From Octopus vulgaris (taxonomy: Eukaryota): a stretch of DNA of 64,000 nt. Below are positions 28,988 through 44,232 of this stretch, one piece after another; positions within the stretch are counted from its first letter, which is position 1, and each line of letters starts with the position of its first letter. Location of the stretch: the NCBI GenBank assembly GCA_951406725.2, contig OX597815.1, positions 50,530,001 through 50,594,000 on the forward strand, given 5' to 3'. Below the pieces are notes generated by a model. The model was not told where the DNA came from. It was given only the letters and a program-made list of their open reading frames with translations, and did no database searches. Both the position numbers and the translations under genes were made by a program.

Positions 28988-31900
28988 ATGTATATCTCTG
29001 TGAGTGCATGTGTGTGTATGTGTGTGCTTTAAATGAATCAGAAGTCCCTCGTAAGAGATCCAGATTCTGTGGTATGTATATTCCCCACTTCAAGGATAGA
29101 CAATGTAATCCAAATTGTATTAATCCTGAAAAAATAAATGTTTTGATGGTCACGACTAAAATGTCATTGATCATAGGTCTACTCACTCAGAGCTAAGTAA
29201 AAGCTAAGCAACAATAATAAACATAGATAAATATTTCTGAATTTTACATATAGGCTTTATACTTTATTTATAGCAGTGTTGAATGTGGTATATATATATA
29301 AGGAAATTATTACATCACTGTAAGGAAATTATTTGCTATATCAGAACAGCAAATGCAGAAGGAATATATGTATGATATGGGTATTATAATAAATTCTAGG
29401 CAGAAACTTCTAGAATAGATACAAATTTAAAATTTACCCATGCAATATCACCTTAGTTATGAACTAATATATATATATATATGTGTGTGTGTATAGGTAT
29501 ATGTATTATGTGTTTATGTATATCTATACAAGATAAAAATGAATAAGTGATTCAAAAGAAATGCATTGATTGATCTACCTATCAACAGTAGAATCCAACA
29601 AGTTCTTCTTGGGTGCTATGTAATCTAGAGAATAATTCTGGTTATTTCTTAGTAAACATTCCAACACTTATGTCAATATTTTAAGCAAAACGAAGAAGAA
29701 TCAGAGTGTGGTCAGCTGTCATTAAATAGAAGAATTGGTCATTTTCAGACAGCAAATTCATAATCAAAGCACTGCAAGTCCATCCTCTCTTTCCTTTCTT
29801 TTCTCTATGTGTCAGATGTGTTCAATGTTCTTAGTCTTAAATGGCCTCAAGGTAGTTTTTATTTCTTCCTAGCAGGACATATCTTCAACTCAAGTCTTCA
29901 TGAATTGTTACCATTCGTTGCATGGTCAGCAAGAATGAAGTTGTTTTATTTGTTCTTATCAGTAAATTCTTTGTGTTTCTTCTTGACATGCTTTCAAAGA
30001 CGTATAGGATTGTCACCAGAAACAATGAAATGTTCGTTCAATGGAACAATTTAACCTTTCTAATCACACACATTTTTATTTAACAACCAATAAAGAGAAG
30101 ACACGATGTGTACAAGAAAATTACAAATTTATGTAAGAAGTGTCAAATGAAGAAGAAAAGCAGTTAGTGATAAATAGCCATGAGGCAAGACACATGCAGT
30201 TATATTTCAAATATATCATCCTTTAGTGCTCAAATCTGACTGTTACTAATCTAAAGCTTATACAAAATAATTTATTTTCACTTCTCATAAGATATATTCT
30301 ATTCAGACGCTATTATTTTTGAAACCCCATGTAGATATTGCAGAAAGGGATTATACATTTTCGCATCTACTTTTCTGATACAACATCAATAAAATATTTC
30401 TCTTCTGAAGAACTCAGCATGAAATGGTGACAGAAAGTTATTGCCGATAGATTTCATATAGATTTCATAATAAAATAAATTTCTTTGAACTGATAAATGT
30501 AGCAATATTATACCTAACCAATGAAATATCTAAATATCTTGATGACAGGTAAGAGAAGTCAGTAAAGATAAAGTAAACTGTTGGACATTATTACAAATGT
30601 AATGATTACAAAAGTAAGCTTTCTCAGGTTAAGCAATCTTTTATCATTTTTTTAGATTGCTAAAAGAAACAAAATTTTAAAAAGTAAAAGTTACATTTAC
30701 CACCTACATTATCCACATGTTTTGATGATGATAATTCTGATTTCTCAATATCCATTCACAGTGACAAATCCATGTGTTTAGGTGGGACTGTATCAATGAC
30801 TATTACTATACTGACTAGATTGATACCTACTCTGAACATTCTTCCATGAGCAGGCTGTTATGTTGATTGGATCAACTGGAACTCATGTCGCCATAACCAA
30901 TGGAGTATCGGTTAATAGTATTTAAATAAACAACTGAAATCAATTCACAATATATATGGCAATAACACAGAGTATTATATAGTGAATAATTAAAAAAAGA
31001 TCACTAAAAGATAGCAGAAAGTATTCATACAAGATTTCTGTAAATACTTTATAAATGTTAATATAATTTTCTTTTAAAATTGGTAGTGAGAGCCTTATTT
31101 CTACTTTGATGCTTGTAGTTCCATATTCTTAGACTACATATGTTAATGGCTTGTTTTATCTTTTACTTGTTTCAGTTATTGGACTGTGGCCATGCTGGGG
31201 CACCACCCTGAAGTATTTAGTTAAACAAATCAACCTGAGTACTTATTTTTGAAGTATACTACTTACTCTGTCGGTCTCTGTTGCTGAATCACTAAGTTAT
31301 GGAGACATGAGCAAACCAATGCCAGTTGTGAAGCAAAGTTAATTCTCAATGACCAAAAGTGCTTCAACTAAATAAATGTAATGAGGAGGCATAGTTCCCC
31401 AGCAGAACTAATATATAAAGGACATGTCAGATTGTGAGTGGCAGAATTGTTAGTGCACAGGAAAAATTTCATCCATCCTTACATTCTGAGTTCAAATTCC
31501 ACAAGAGTAATCTTTGCCTTTTGTCCTTTTGAGGTCAATAAAATAAGTACCAGTTGAACACTGGGTTTGATGTAATTGGCTTACCCCTGCCCCGAACTTG
31601 CTAGCTTTGTGCCAAAATTTGAAGCCAATATATAAAGGATACATGTTTCATTAGCTTCTAACAGAATATCAGAAATAAACTGGCACCCTTAAGCATTAAA
31701 ATATTTCTCAGACATTTAATTGTGTAATAGAATAAACTCTAGTACACCTCACTAACTATGTAGGATGCCTTCTAGAAGTCATCAATATGCTCAAGTATAC
31801 ATGGAGAAATATTCTGCTAAACTTCAGTTCAATCAACCATCTCCACAGTACAACCCAACATACTGCATCAAAATATTCCTCATCTTAGCTATGTTTTGTT

Positions 31901-32675
31901 AATTGGATCACAAGAAATTAATGAATGAATAGCAAATGAATTATACAATTGTAAAACAGAAAGCAAGAGGTGGCAGTCTCATAGTTCTTTCTCTTGATAG
32001 TGCATTTGATTCATCCAAAATTGTTTTATCAGAAGAATAATTTGTAGAATAACTGACATGAAAAGGATACATCAAATGGCCTTTTTGTTCAACTAACATA
32101 ATGTTAATGGGTTTGGATTCTCAAGTTTGAGGTTAATTCTGACCAATGACTACACAATACAAAAGGAACAACCATTAACAAGTAACTGTAGATTTCTTCA
32201 CATTCAGTTTCTATTTCATGCATCAGTGAATTGCTTTTTATAATTGATAGAGCTTGTGAAAGAAAAATACAGGTATTAGCATTAAATATCAATGAGATGA
32301 ATAGCTGTCAAAAACAACTAGTATAAATACCAATATCACAGATGTGTGTTCTTATTAACATCAAATATGTGGAGGGATCAGTGCATTAGACAAGATGTAA
32401 ACTTGGCTAACAATTTCATTTAAATTTATTAGTTTAACTGCATAACTACATATTCTTGGATAAAATGTGGCAGTAATGATTTTGTTCATGTGCACTACAT
32501 TTGCAGACATTTTCAAGAATTTATATGAATACTTCCACAAATACATATGTCCATATGAATGTGTGTGTATGTGCACATAACACACACTTATATTACAAGT
32601 ACATATAAGTGTATATATATGTTTGTGTATGCATATAAAATATCTGCCTCTCACTCTATATATATACATGCATGT

Positions 32676-32722
<47 letters not shown>

Positions 32723-32797
32723 GATATATAAGCATCCATGTATGTGTGTTTTATGTGGGTGTATGTGTGTCTATATGCGAATGTGTCTGTGTGTGCG

Positions 32798-32864
<67 letters not shown>

Positions 32865-34422
32865 AAACAAAGGATTACAGTGACAGAATGATGGAAGTTA
32901 GTGAAGAATGACACATTGATCTCAGCAACAGTAATTGCTCAGCACCCATAGAAATTTAACAAGAAACAAATGTTTCCTACCTTCACTAAATCATGGCTTA
33001 TTCAAGTTAGCGGTGTTGCAATTTCCCACAATGACCATATGTTAATGCTATATCATAATAACACTATTTGCATTTTTGTCTCACACACACACACACACAC
33101 AATATATATATATATATTTATATATATATGCATGCATATATAGATATGTGTATGTGTGTATATGTATGTATATGCATGTATATGTATGTGCATATGTATA
33201 TATGTATATATATAAAGGATAAAGACCCCCTTCAGTCATGAATGACTATGGGATTGCACCTAGAAAGTTCCCCCTCCGAGACACAAGTCCCGGGCAAGGT
33301 TGGTTATGGAAGACTAGCAGTTGTCCATGCATACCAGCTTCTCCTCTCCACACTAACAATGTTATCCAAGGGAAAGACAAAGGCTAATACAGCTTGGAAC
33401 CAGTGACATTGCAACTTATTTCTAAAGGTGAGTGAACTGGATCAATGTGAAATAAAGTGTTTTGTTCAAGAACACAACACACGGCCTGGTCCAGGAATCA
33501 AACTCACTCCCTCATGAGTATGAGGCATACCATGTACTATTTGTGTGTGTGTGTGTGTGTGCATGTGTGTGTGTGTGCGAATTTTAATTGGGGCTATTAT
33601 TTTGAAGTTAGTTTTAAAATAACATTTATTAGTGGGTTGACTCAATACTGAGAATAAGTTGTATGTTTATACATGTATACATGTTTTGTTATATGTTTAA
33701 AATTCAGGCACCAGTCCTTTTACTGTTTATTTATTCAAAATACACTACAAAGTAAGACATCACTTACCTTATTTTACCTGACAGGCAAACATGCTCTTCT
33801 TCATCACCAAAACAGTTGGCACAGCAATTTCTAAAATTCTAAATTTGCAGAACTATCCAACCCATGTTAGCAATGGAAAATGGCTAAATATACAGGTTCA
33901 TATATACAGTTATGTTTCTATGTTTGACAAAGTTGCTTTGTAACCATTTAGTTTTCAAATTCAAGCCCTTGAATCTTCTGCAGTATCTTTGGGTTGGTCA
34001 AATCTTTGCTAGCAGAATTTTGAGTATGAAAATTGTTTAGAAGCTCATTGTGTGTGTGTGTATTTACCCTTGTAAAATATGTGTCGGGTCAAACACTTTG
34101 TTCCAGCATTTGATAAATATGCAATGATAAAATGGGTGTCAAACTGGAATATGGACTAGCATCAAAGGAATTGACAAATTTCTTGAAGGCTGTGCTCCAG
34201 CATGGCATAGTCCATTGACCCATTGACTGAAGCCAATAACAATATATACATGGCTGTGCAGTTAAGAAGCTTGCTTTTCAACCACATAGTTTCAAGGTCA
34301 GCCCCATATTGGGCAACATTTTCTACTATAACCCCAGATCAATCAATGCCATGTGAGTAAATATGGCAGATGAAACTGTGAAGAAACCCATCATATACAC
34401 ACACACATATTTATAGTATGTA

Positions 34423-34988
34423 TTGGGTTATCTGGAAAGTTTGTGCCGATTTTTAAAGGAAAGAAAAAGGTCAATAAATACTTGCCATTACATTTTTAAT
34501 CAACGAAATATGAACCATTTTGTTGCACAATGCGTCTCCATTTTTCCTTTAACTTGAAAATACCCTCTTCCCAGAATTGAGGTGGTTTCATGGCAAAGAA
34601 TTCACCAAGGTATCTATTTACATCATCCAAGGAACTGAAATTTTTACCATTAAGACTATTCTGCAGAGACCTGAATAAGTGGAAATCTGAAGGAGCAATA
34701 TCTGGTGAATATGGTGGGTGGGGTAACACATCCCAGCTGAGCTGCTGCAATTTTTGTCTGGTTCCCAAAGCATCAAGTGCCGAAAATTAACTTTCTTATC
34801 TTCCACTTTAAAGGGTTACAGAATTAATGCAGGTTATAGGAACATAAATCTACTTCCATGAAAAGATAGCTTAAAGTGTGCTCTAAATGGAGGTGCAGTC
34901 AAATCCTATTTTATGGACTCAACAATGTTCTAAAATAAGTCGAAAGGTAAGCTACTATGAATCAGCACGAACTTTCCGGACAACCCAA
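34423..34988 (-). mobile_element. Internally deleted mariner transposon
   Basis: ~28-bp TIRs ttgggttatctggaaagtttgtgccgat / atcagcacgaactttccggacaacccaa with TA TSD. N-terminal MEDKKVNFRHLML is joined to C-terminal HPPYSPDIAPSDFHLFRSLQN..NGSYF. Confidence 0.93.
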
Positions 34989-36375
34989 TATAAGCTTGTA
35001 TGTGTTGTATTTATCTTCCACCACCATATGAAACTAATGTTGCTTTTTTACATCCCTGTTACTTAGCTTTAAAGTAAAAGATACTGACACAATATGTAGC
35101 AGAGGTGATTTGTTCAACTAAACCCTTCAAGGTGATACCCCAGTATGGCCACACTCCAATAATTTAAACGAGTAAAAAAACAAAATTATAATTTTCACAC
35201 ACACACACGCACACACACACTCAGAATTGCTGTAGAATAGGATTGTCAGCATTTAGTAATGTATTCGTCTGTTCCAGATACTTCACTATATCAAAAAAGA
35301 ATTTGTTTCTAACCATTACATATTGGAATGTGTCTATGTCTCTGTTTATGTTTATGTTAGATCATGTGCACATATGTTGGAGATTTTGTTTCTAGCTTCT
35401 TTGAGGTTACTTAATATTTGTCTAGGAGTTTCAGTTGATATAATAATAACAGAATGAGAATTGATTATTCCAGTAGACAGTTTGGTACTCATGATTCCAT
35501 GTTTCAAACCCTGTATAATTCACCCAATTTTTTAATTCTTTTTTGAATGAATAAGTCAAATATCCTCAGTCTTGAGGCTCAATACTTTAGCATTCAGATT
35601 ATTCTGTTAGTTGTGATGCTTATTTATTCACAATGTTTTGAATTAATTTGGAATTACCTCATAGCTTTGAGATTTCAAAGATGCAATGGTCTATTTTTAG
35701 AATCACATTGTAGGGTAAGTATAAGACGCTGGATCTGATTTGTTTGCACCTAAAACAGGAAGACTATTTGGACTGGATATAGCCAGTTTAACTGCTAAAG
35801 AGTTACACTGAGATGGGAAGTGTCTCTGCCAGAGAGGCCCTAGCTGAGAGAATAGAGTTAAATTAGTCAGTACTCTATATATTTGAGCTGGAACTTTATC
35901 AATACTGACTGTCAATGTTAGCCTATAATAAAGAAACACTGGCCTATGAAAGAGGATTCTAGCCTATAGCTTACAAGTAAATTCATACACAAAGGCCTTT
36001 GGGGGAACCCTTCAGGAATGGCTGTGTGAATAAAGGGTTTGCTAAATAATCATGCAGTTTCAGGTTCTTGTCCACTACATAATACTTTTGCCCAGTGTCT
36101 TTTACAATAGTAAAAGACATTTGGGCTGGGGCTAACCAATGCATTGTAAGTGGAACTGACAGACAAAAGTGAATGGAAACTCATTGTGTGTATACATGTG
36201 TATATATAAATCTATATATGTTAAGAATGGCATTGGGATGTGGAAACCATTGAAGCTTGGCACAGTCCTCTGGCTTACCAACTCCTTGTAGTCCATCCAA
36301 CCCATGCCGGCATGTAACACAGTCATTAAATGATGACGATGATGATGATGATGATGATGATGATGATATATGTGT

Positions 36376-36525
36376 ATGTATTGATTAAGTCTTTCCTTGT
36401 TTGTTTTGCAAAATAGTGGTTTTGTCTCGAATTAATATTATATAATATTTTACTATAAAATTGGATTTAATCCTAAATCTGATTTTTTCCCTGTAAATTT
36501 GGATTTATTCCCTAATATTTATTAT

Positions 36526-36530
<5 letters not shown>
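36376..36530 (+). repeat. Near-identical copy of the 3' tail of the hammerhead-bearing element at 60638-60790
   Basis: tatgtattgattaagtctttccttgtttg...ccctaatattttattattatta matches 60638-60790. Ends in (TA)n. Confidence 0.9.
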
Positions 36531-36573
<43 letters not shown>

Positions 36574-36923
36574 TTTTGAATATATATGTGTGTGTATGTA
36601 TGTGTGCCTGTATGTGTGTGTATATATATGCATACATATATATACACACACATATATATGTATGCATATATATATACATACACATTTAAACACATAAGAG
36701 GCATCCATCATTGGACTCCTTGCATGCTAAAAAGCACAGTTAAATTCCAAACCACTATTAGGGATAAAACTTCGAAGGGAATGAAAAAAAAGAACATTTA
36801 ATGCCTCTAATGTGTTTAAATGTACACTGTATTTATATGAATAATATATAGTCTATTGACTAAATTTTTACATGCTAGGCCACTGGTAGTAGAAATTTCT
36901 AATATTTCTTATTACCCTTGATA

Positions 36924-36975
<52 letters not shown>

Positions 36976-37727
36976 AATAAATACATATATACAACGGTGG
37001 TGCATCAGCATGGCCGCAGCTCTGAGCTGAAACTAGAGAAAAAAAAATATATATATATATACATGGACACACACACATCCACTCATATATACAGTATGTT
37101 TGTGGTGTCATTCTACACCTTTGAATGTCACCACTTGAGCAAATAATGTTGATGCCATGTTTACATTTCAGGAAGATAAAGCATCTTGTTGTTCTGTGCT
37201 TCAAAGAATCAGTGGCGTAAAAATAAATCTCTTACTTGAAGAAAATCAAGTGATAATTGGTGGTAGGAATGGCACCCAGTCATAAAATTCTGTCTCAAAT
37301 TAGTCTTCATCCAATCCATTCCAGATTGGGAAAACAAAGATAGAACTAATAAACAAACAAATTAAATTATTACCTTACTTTTATTTTTGTTTATATTTAT
37401 AATATCATAATGACAAAAGTTAGAGTTGCAAGTTGGCAGAACTATTAGCACACCAGGCAAAATATGTAGTGGTATTTTGTCCATTTTTACGTTCTGAGTT
37501 CAAATTCTGCAGAGGTCAACTTTACCTTACATACTTTTAGGGTCGATAAAATAAGTATCAGTTGAGCACTAGAGACAATATAATCAACTTACTCACTTCC
37601 TCAGAATTGCTGGCCTTGTGCCAAAATTTGAATCTAATATATATATATATGTACCACAACCTCAAGTTGTTTTATCTTGTATTAGTTCTTTTTTTTTGGT
37701 GGGGTGCAGGATTTACTATACACACAC

Positions 37728-37771
<44 letters not shown>

Positions 37772-38171
37772 CAGTGAGCTGGCAGAACCATTACTTTTGC
37801 ACACTGAGCAAAATGCTTAGTGGTATTTCGTCCATCTTTACATTCTGTGTTCAAATTGTGCCAAGGTCAACTTTGCCTTTCACCCTTTGAGAGTCGATAA
37901 AATTAGTACCAGTTAAGCTCTAAGGTTGATGTAATCGCCTTACCCATTCCCCCAAAATTGCTGGCCTTGGGCCAAAATTTAAATCCAATATATTATTGTA
38001 AAAAGTTACTCTTTACAGTTAAAGTTTGGGTGAGCCTTTGGTTTAGATTGTTACTATATTGAAGCTGGATACAGTAGTAAATTCAGTGTGTGTATTAGTT
38101 ACATTACAAATCATTCATATCTCTTCCTTATACTTTTATTTCAGACTAGCTAAATTGCATTCTCTCTGCTG

Positions 38172-38204
<33 letters not shown>

Positions 38205-40473
38205 TTCTCTTTGTCCAACATATTATGGCTGATTTTACAAAATGCATACATATATCAAAATCCTTTATACATTTTTTAATACAAAAAAAATATGTAAAAA
38301 TTGTCATTTCTTTCTCTTTTGAAGAAGATAACTGTAAAAATGTGTAATGTTTAAAGAAAGCAATACAACTACTAAAAATTAAAAGCAGTATATTATTTTC
38401 TCTTCAGAGTTCCTATTCCTAATTCAAAATTATATTGCTTTTTTTCTTTCTTCTTTTGTGAAGGGTGGGAAAGGATATATCATATTCCTCTTTCTAAAAT
38501 CTCTTTCAATGTTTTAACAACAACAACAAAAATTTATTTAAACAATTTAACTAGTCTGAAATAAAAGTATAAGTTTCACTGAAGGTAAACTTTTGAATAA
38601 TTCGATCAATTAAAGACTAGGTGGTACTTTCAAGGCAGCATAAAGCAAGCATAACATTTCACAAGCAAAGTATTCTTCATAACCAAAGTGTTTTCTAACT
38701 GAATAAATCAACAGCTGTGTGATATAAAGAAGCAAATGCATCCAATGACATCAAAGTGCAACAGCTCAGATGAATATGCTTTGAAAGTACAATCAACCCT
38801 CATTGTTAGACATAGTTTCCAGAAAGATTTTAACATAATGGCAAGATAAAAAGTGAAAAATATTTCTTAAGAAAATGACTTCAGTAAAACAGAGAAATAA
38901 ACATTAAGAACAATCAGTCAAACAAACAAATATGTAGAAATCAATGGACAAAAGCTGAAATCTTGTCTTATTTTGTTTTGTTTTTCATTTAAAAAAAAAC
39001 ATAGAAAGAAAGAAAGAAAAAAGAAAAAAAGAAAAAATTTATCAATGTCTTTAATGTCAGAATCACTTATGAAATTGCTAAGTAGATATAGATGAAAATG
39101 AACACAAGCTGTGAATAGCTGAAGTTTTAAAAGCTAGACAAATATATAAGGTGGAGAAAAAAAAAATCTGTAAATGACAGGATAATAGAAGAGACAACTA
39201 CCAGAGTATGAAAGTAAAAGCTAAAACAATAAAATGGCAATACCTATGCAGACATATTTTTTTGAACTGTCATTAAACTTCTCAATGATACAAGAAAGCT
39301 TTAGAAGTAATTTTCAATAAGATAAAATAAAAAGAAGAGAAAGAAAGCTTTCTTTCTGAGAAAGTTATGAATTCACAATCCTTATAGAATTTCCGCTATG
39401 TTTTTATTTTTATTACCAATGGCTTATAACGAAAGAATAATTATAAATTTTAGTATTCATTTATCGAAAGATGGACTCTTGTTTTACATTGATTTGATGA
39501 CTATATAGAACAAAAATAAATAAAATTCCTTTTGAATTTCACAGCATTTATACATGTGCTATTTATAACAATCTTATGTGTGTTCTTTAAAAATCAGCCT
39601 GAATCTTTTAATATAACCACAATGTAAGATTGCATTTCTTCTGTTCCATTCAGATGTTGTCATTCTACTGCTGGATGAAAGCCTCAGTACATCATGGCTA
39701 AATTATCTACATTTGGTTATAAGCCAATTGCAGATCAGATGGGATGCTCACTTGGTTGTCTGATTTGCCCTTGTTACAGCACCTAAAGTAGAAAATAAAA
39801 AAAAGACAAAGGTACCTTCTCAAGTCATGTTGGCTCATAAGGGCCTATTTCCTTGTTTCATGGCATATAAATTCCCCACCAGGACAGGATGCTGATCCAT
39901 CGCAGGGTTACCCATTTTCACCAGCTGAGTGAACTGGAGCAATGTGAAATGAAGTGTTTTGCTCAAGAACACAATGTGTTGCCCAGTCCAGGAATCAAAA
40001 CCACAAGCTTACGATCATGATTCCAACACCCTAACCACTAAGCCATGCCCCTCCACTAAGTTACAGAACCTAGGCTGGAACTGATGCAAAGAGTTGAACA
40101 GAGACTGCTCAAACCCCTTACTCAAAGCTCCAACAATTCTGTTAATCCACAATTCTGCTCTGGTATCAATTTATCAATCATCACCATCATCACCACTACA
40201 AAGAGATAAAAGCCAAAGTCAAGATTGTATCCTTATCTTTTGTCTTTCTTTTTGTTCCAGTCATTAGACTGCAGCCATGCTGTTGGCAACAAAAAGTATG
40301 GATTGGTGGAAGCTGTATGAGACCTTCCCAACACCAACTCATTCTTGTTTTCAAGTAAGATACTTTTTCCCATATCTTTATATGTTAAATTGCTGAGATG
40401 TTGGGCCGTTTGTCACCTTTAGTCCAAGTGTTGTTGATATGAGGACATGTACTCACACATATACATGCTTAAA

Positions 40474-40689
40474 TGAAGGGGTGCTGGAAAGTTTCTGGCT
40501 TTGGGGAAAAGAAAATACAGGAGGATCAGTTAATTATGATTTTATTCAAAATATTCCCCTCTCAGATTCACACACTTATTGCAGTGATCCTTCATTTTTT
40601 CTAAAACCTTTAAAAAACTCAAAAGGTTGGGGCTCCAACCAGACCTTTCATGACACCCTTAAGACCAGGAACTTTTCAGCACCCCTTCG
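40474..40689. mobile_element. Tc1/mariner-type MITE
   Basis: TIR tgaaggggtgctggaaagtttctgg / ccaggaacttttcagcaccccttcg followed by TA. Confidence 0.85.
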
Positions 40690-40887
40690 TATATTAATGT
40701 GTATTTTTATATAAAATCATACAAATGAAACTATGTGAAGGATCATCAATTCACTGACATATAAAGTGTAAGAGTTATTTTAGATCAGCAGTCATTCCAA
40801 TGCTACCCTGTGTGATGGCTTTGCCAGAATTTCTGACATTATGATGCTGGTTCATCGGGAAACTTTTGCCTGACAGTCTATCTAACA

Positions 40888-40953
<66 letters not shown>

Positions 40954-41179
40954 TTATCTATCTTTCTATCTATCTATCTACATCCATCCACCTATCTATT
41001 TGTTTATCTATCCATCCATCTATTTATCTACCTCCCTACCTACCTCCCTACCTATCTATTTATCTATCAATCTATCCATCTATCTAACAATCTATCTATC
41101 TATCCATCTATCTAACAATATATCTATCTATCTATCTATCTACATCCTTCCACATATCTATTTCTTTATCTATCCATCC

Positions 41180-41276
<97 letters not shown>

Positions 41277-41946
41277 ATCTGTCTAATTTTGGGTGACATT
41301 GTTTTTAAAATAATGTTCCTCAACTAAACAACTTTTATTATTATTTATCTTTTACATACACTTAGGATTTTGTTTGTTTGTTTTTTATATATATCTTCAA
41401 CTGGTAATCAAGAGCCAAATAGTTTATGAAACAAAATTCTTGTGATAAACCACAATGAAACCTGAAGCGTGAGTGTTTATATAGTGTAAAATTTGAAGTA
41501 TATGCCTCGATTGCATAAACTAAGTAGTACTAAAAGTAAAAAGTCAAATATGATTGAATCTAATTTCTGAAGGTGGATGTAGTTAAAACAAAGTTGCTAG
41601 AGTAAAGAAGGGTGGAACAATTTCAAGGTGCTGTTGTTTCTGTTGGCAACAAAAAGTTTCTCTTTTTACGTAAAGACTAGATAATAAGAAGCAGATGTAA
41701 AATTTGCAATGCTGTAAGATATTGACATTGAATGTGGAAGTTCTGCAGAAGATGGAGGCAAGCATGATGTATTGGCTGTGTAATAGTGACTTACATGAAA
41801 GGTAAAGTATAAGTTAACTGACAGAGGAAAAGAGACAGAGAGACAGAGAGAGACAGAGGCAAGCAGACAGATACAGAGAAACAGAGAGCAGTTGAGCACA
41901 ATATGTGTACAAGAGATGACTGTATTGATAAAGATGTATTATTTAA

Positions 41947-42162
41947 CCCTTTAGCATTTAAACCAAATCTAGCCCAAATATTCTACCTGTCTTATGTACA
42001 AACTGGCCAGATCCAGGTTTTCAAACCTACCCTACAATGTCATTGTAAACATAAGCAATCTCATCATCAAAATCTTGAAGTTATGAAATAATGAAGGATT
42101 AATTCCAAACAATGTGAATAAATAGGGATTACATTTGACAGAATAATCTGAATGCTAAAGGA
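41947..42162. mobile_element. piggyBac-type MITE
   Basis: ttaa|ccctttagcatt ... aatgctaaagga|ttaa (TTAA TSD). Confidence 0.85.
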
Positions 42163-42387
42163 TTAAATAGATGTTGGGTACTGTTGGTGAAGAATATGAA
42201 TGTGAAATTGAGGTAGGTGAGAGGAGGTCAGACCTCAAACTTGTGGACCTCAGGGAATAGTTGAAAAGCAACCACACTGAGTGGAAACCTGCTATTATGG
42301 CAGGATTCAAACTAAGCTTGTAAACCAGAAGACGAACCACATTGCCATCATTATTCTGTTAGCAATCTTCATGTTGTTTATTTAAAT

Positions 42388-42723
42388 CAGGGTTTCTTAA
42401 CCATTTTTTTATCTATGGACCCCTTTAATTACTATTTTATTCTAATGGACTCCCAAAGTCATTCAGTTTTATAGAAACTTCTTTCAAAATTCCTATTTTG
42501 TTTTTCACATATTCACTTGTATAGGTTGAACTATGTAAAATGTTAGAGAAAGAAACCTTGTTGTTTTTCACAATATATACCAAGCATACATCTAAAATGA
42601 ATTTTTTTTCAGGAGCCCTTGAAATACTATTGTGGATTCCCAATTTATTATTTTGTTGCATGGACCACCAAAACCTTTACATGGACCCTCAGGGGCCTAA
42701 TGAACCCCAGGTAAGAACAACTG
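42388..42723. mobile_element. hAT MITE
   Basis: TIR cagggtttcttaacc / ggtaagaacaactg. Perfect 8-bp TSD atttaaat. Internal TGGACC repeats. Confidence 0.88.
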
Positions 42724-42803
42724 ATTTAAATCATATTTATACACACACACAAAGACACACATAAATATTTTCCTCACACACACACACACACACACACATG
42801 AAT

Positions 42804-42837
<34 letters not shown>

Positions 42838-42855
42838 TGCAAAGTTCAAATTAAC

Positions 42856-43324
42856 TGCAATTTCAAGTTTCACCTTCCAGCTTGTTCAGCTTGTCAAGAA
42901 AGTTTCACCTCAAATACTTTTTTTATAGAAGAACCCAAGAGAAAAATCTCATCAGAAGATAGGGGTGTGTAGGATAGTTTTTACACTGATTATAAAAATT
43001 ACATTGAAAGGAGTTTTTATTTTAATTTAAGGTAGTGATGTCAAAGAAAGATTTAAAGGCCAAACAAATAAATTTATTATAAAGGTCAGCAGATGGGTAA
43101 GTGAAAGAAATGGTGAGGGAGGGAAGAAAGAAAAGAAATAGTGATGATGATGATGGCAGGTAAAAACTCCTTTCAATGTAATTTTTACAACTAGTGCAAA
43201 ACATATCCTACACACACTTATCTTCTGATGAGATTTCTCTCATGGCTTCTTCTATAAGAAAAGTATTTGAGGTGAAACTTTCTTGACCAGCTGAACAAGC
43301 TGGAAGGTGAAACTTGAAATTGCA
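42856..43324. repeat. Inverted repeat, ~165-bp arms with ~140-bp spacer, containing a hammerhead-like motif
   Basis: 42856-43019 reverse-complements 43161-43324. Right arm has CTGATGA (43225) ... GAAATTGCA (43316). Confidence 0.88.
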
Positions 43325-43326
43325 AG

Positions 43327-44232
43327 TGATGAAGCAAAGGAATGGGAGAATTTAAAGAAGACAGACAGCAAGACATCTTGAATAGGTGAAACAGAAAAAT
43401 ATATGTGGTCAATTACTGCCAGAAAGACAGTTGACATAGATAAGATCTGGGAATGGACTAAGAAAGGCATTGAAACTGAAGCTGTTATTTTTGCTGCCCA
43501 AGAAGCACTGAGAACAAACAATATCAAGTTCAATACTGACAAGTCAGCAATTTGCCCATTTTGTAGGTTGTGTAGTAAGAAAGGTGAAACAATAAACCAC
43601 ATTATTAGTGAATGTACGATGCTTGCACAGAGAGACTACAAGAGAAGACTACAACAACATTGCCAAATTGGTTCACTGGAAGCTCTTTCATAAGAAAGAT
43701 ATGAGTAGATGTGAGAATGGTATGAGCACCAACTGAAAAGGGTTGCTGAAAATGAACAATACAAGACTTTGTGGGACATGATCATTCAGTGTAACCATCT
43801 TATCATGGCTAGAAAACATTGTTGTAATAGAAACAAAGAACAAAGCAATTATTGTGGACATTGCTTCACCATGAGACCGCAGGGTGAATGAGAAGGAAAG
43901 TGAGAAAGTGGAGAAATATCAAGAACTGAAAAAGAAAGTCAGCAAACTATGGAGAATCAGATGTTTAGAAGTGGTACCAATTGTAGTTGGTGCACTGGGA
44001 GCAGTTAATTAAGGTTCGATGCATGGTTTGAAAAGCTGGGAATTACCATCAAGATAGGACTGTTGCAGAAAGCAACCTTGTTTGGAACAACAAGGATTCT
44101 AAAGAGGCTGTTAGAAAGTTGAAGGAGAAGGAATGACCCACAGGACCTTTTGGCCACTGGATATGGCTTGCTCTTTTGGTATAGTGTTGGTATATCATCT
44201 ACCATAGTAAATGCATACAAGAAACAATAATA
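43327..44232 (+). mobile_element. Decayed 3' part of a Dong/R4-type RLE retrotransposon
   Basis: ETEAVIFAAQEALRT, CRLCSKKGETINHIISEC, LWD, IVDIA, EKVEKYQEL, PIVVGALG, LQKATLFGT.RIL. Multiple stops and frameshifts; ends in a taa-like tail. Confidence 0.9.

Noticed and set aside
33776-33830. Possible minus-strand mini-exon (AG..NCCANCFGDEEEHVCLS..GT)
   Set aside because: Splice-like ends are present, but there is no recognisable homology and no partner exons; could be chance.
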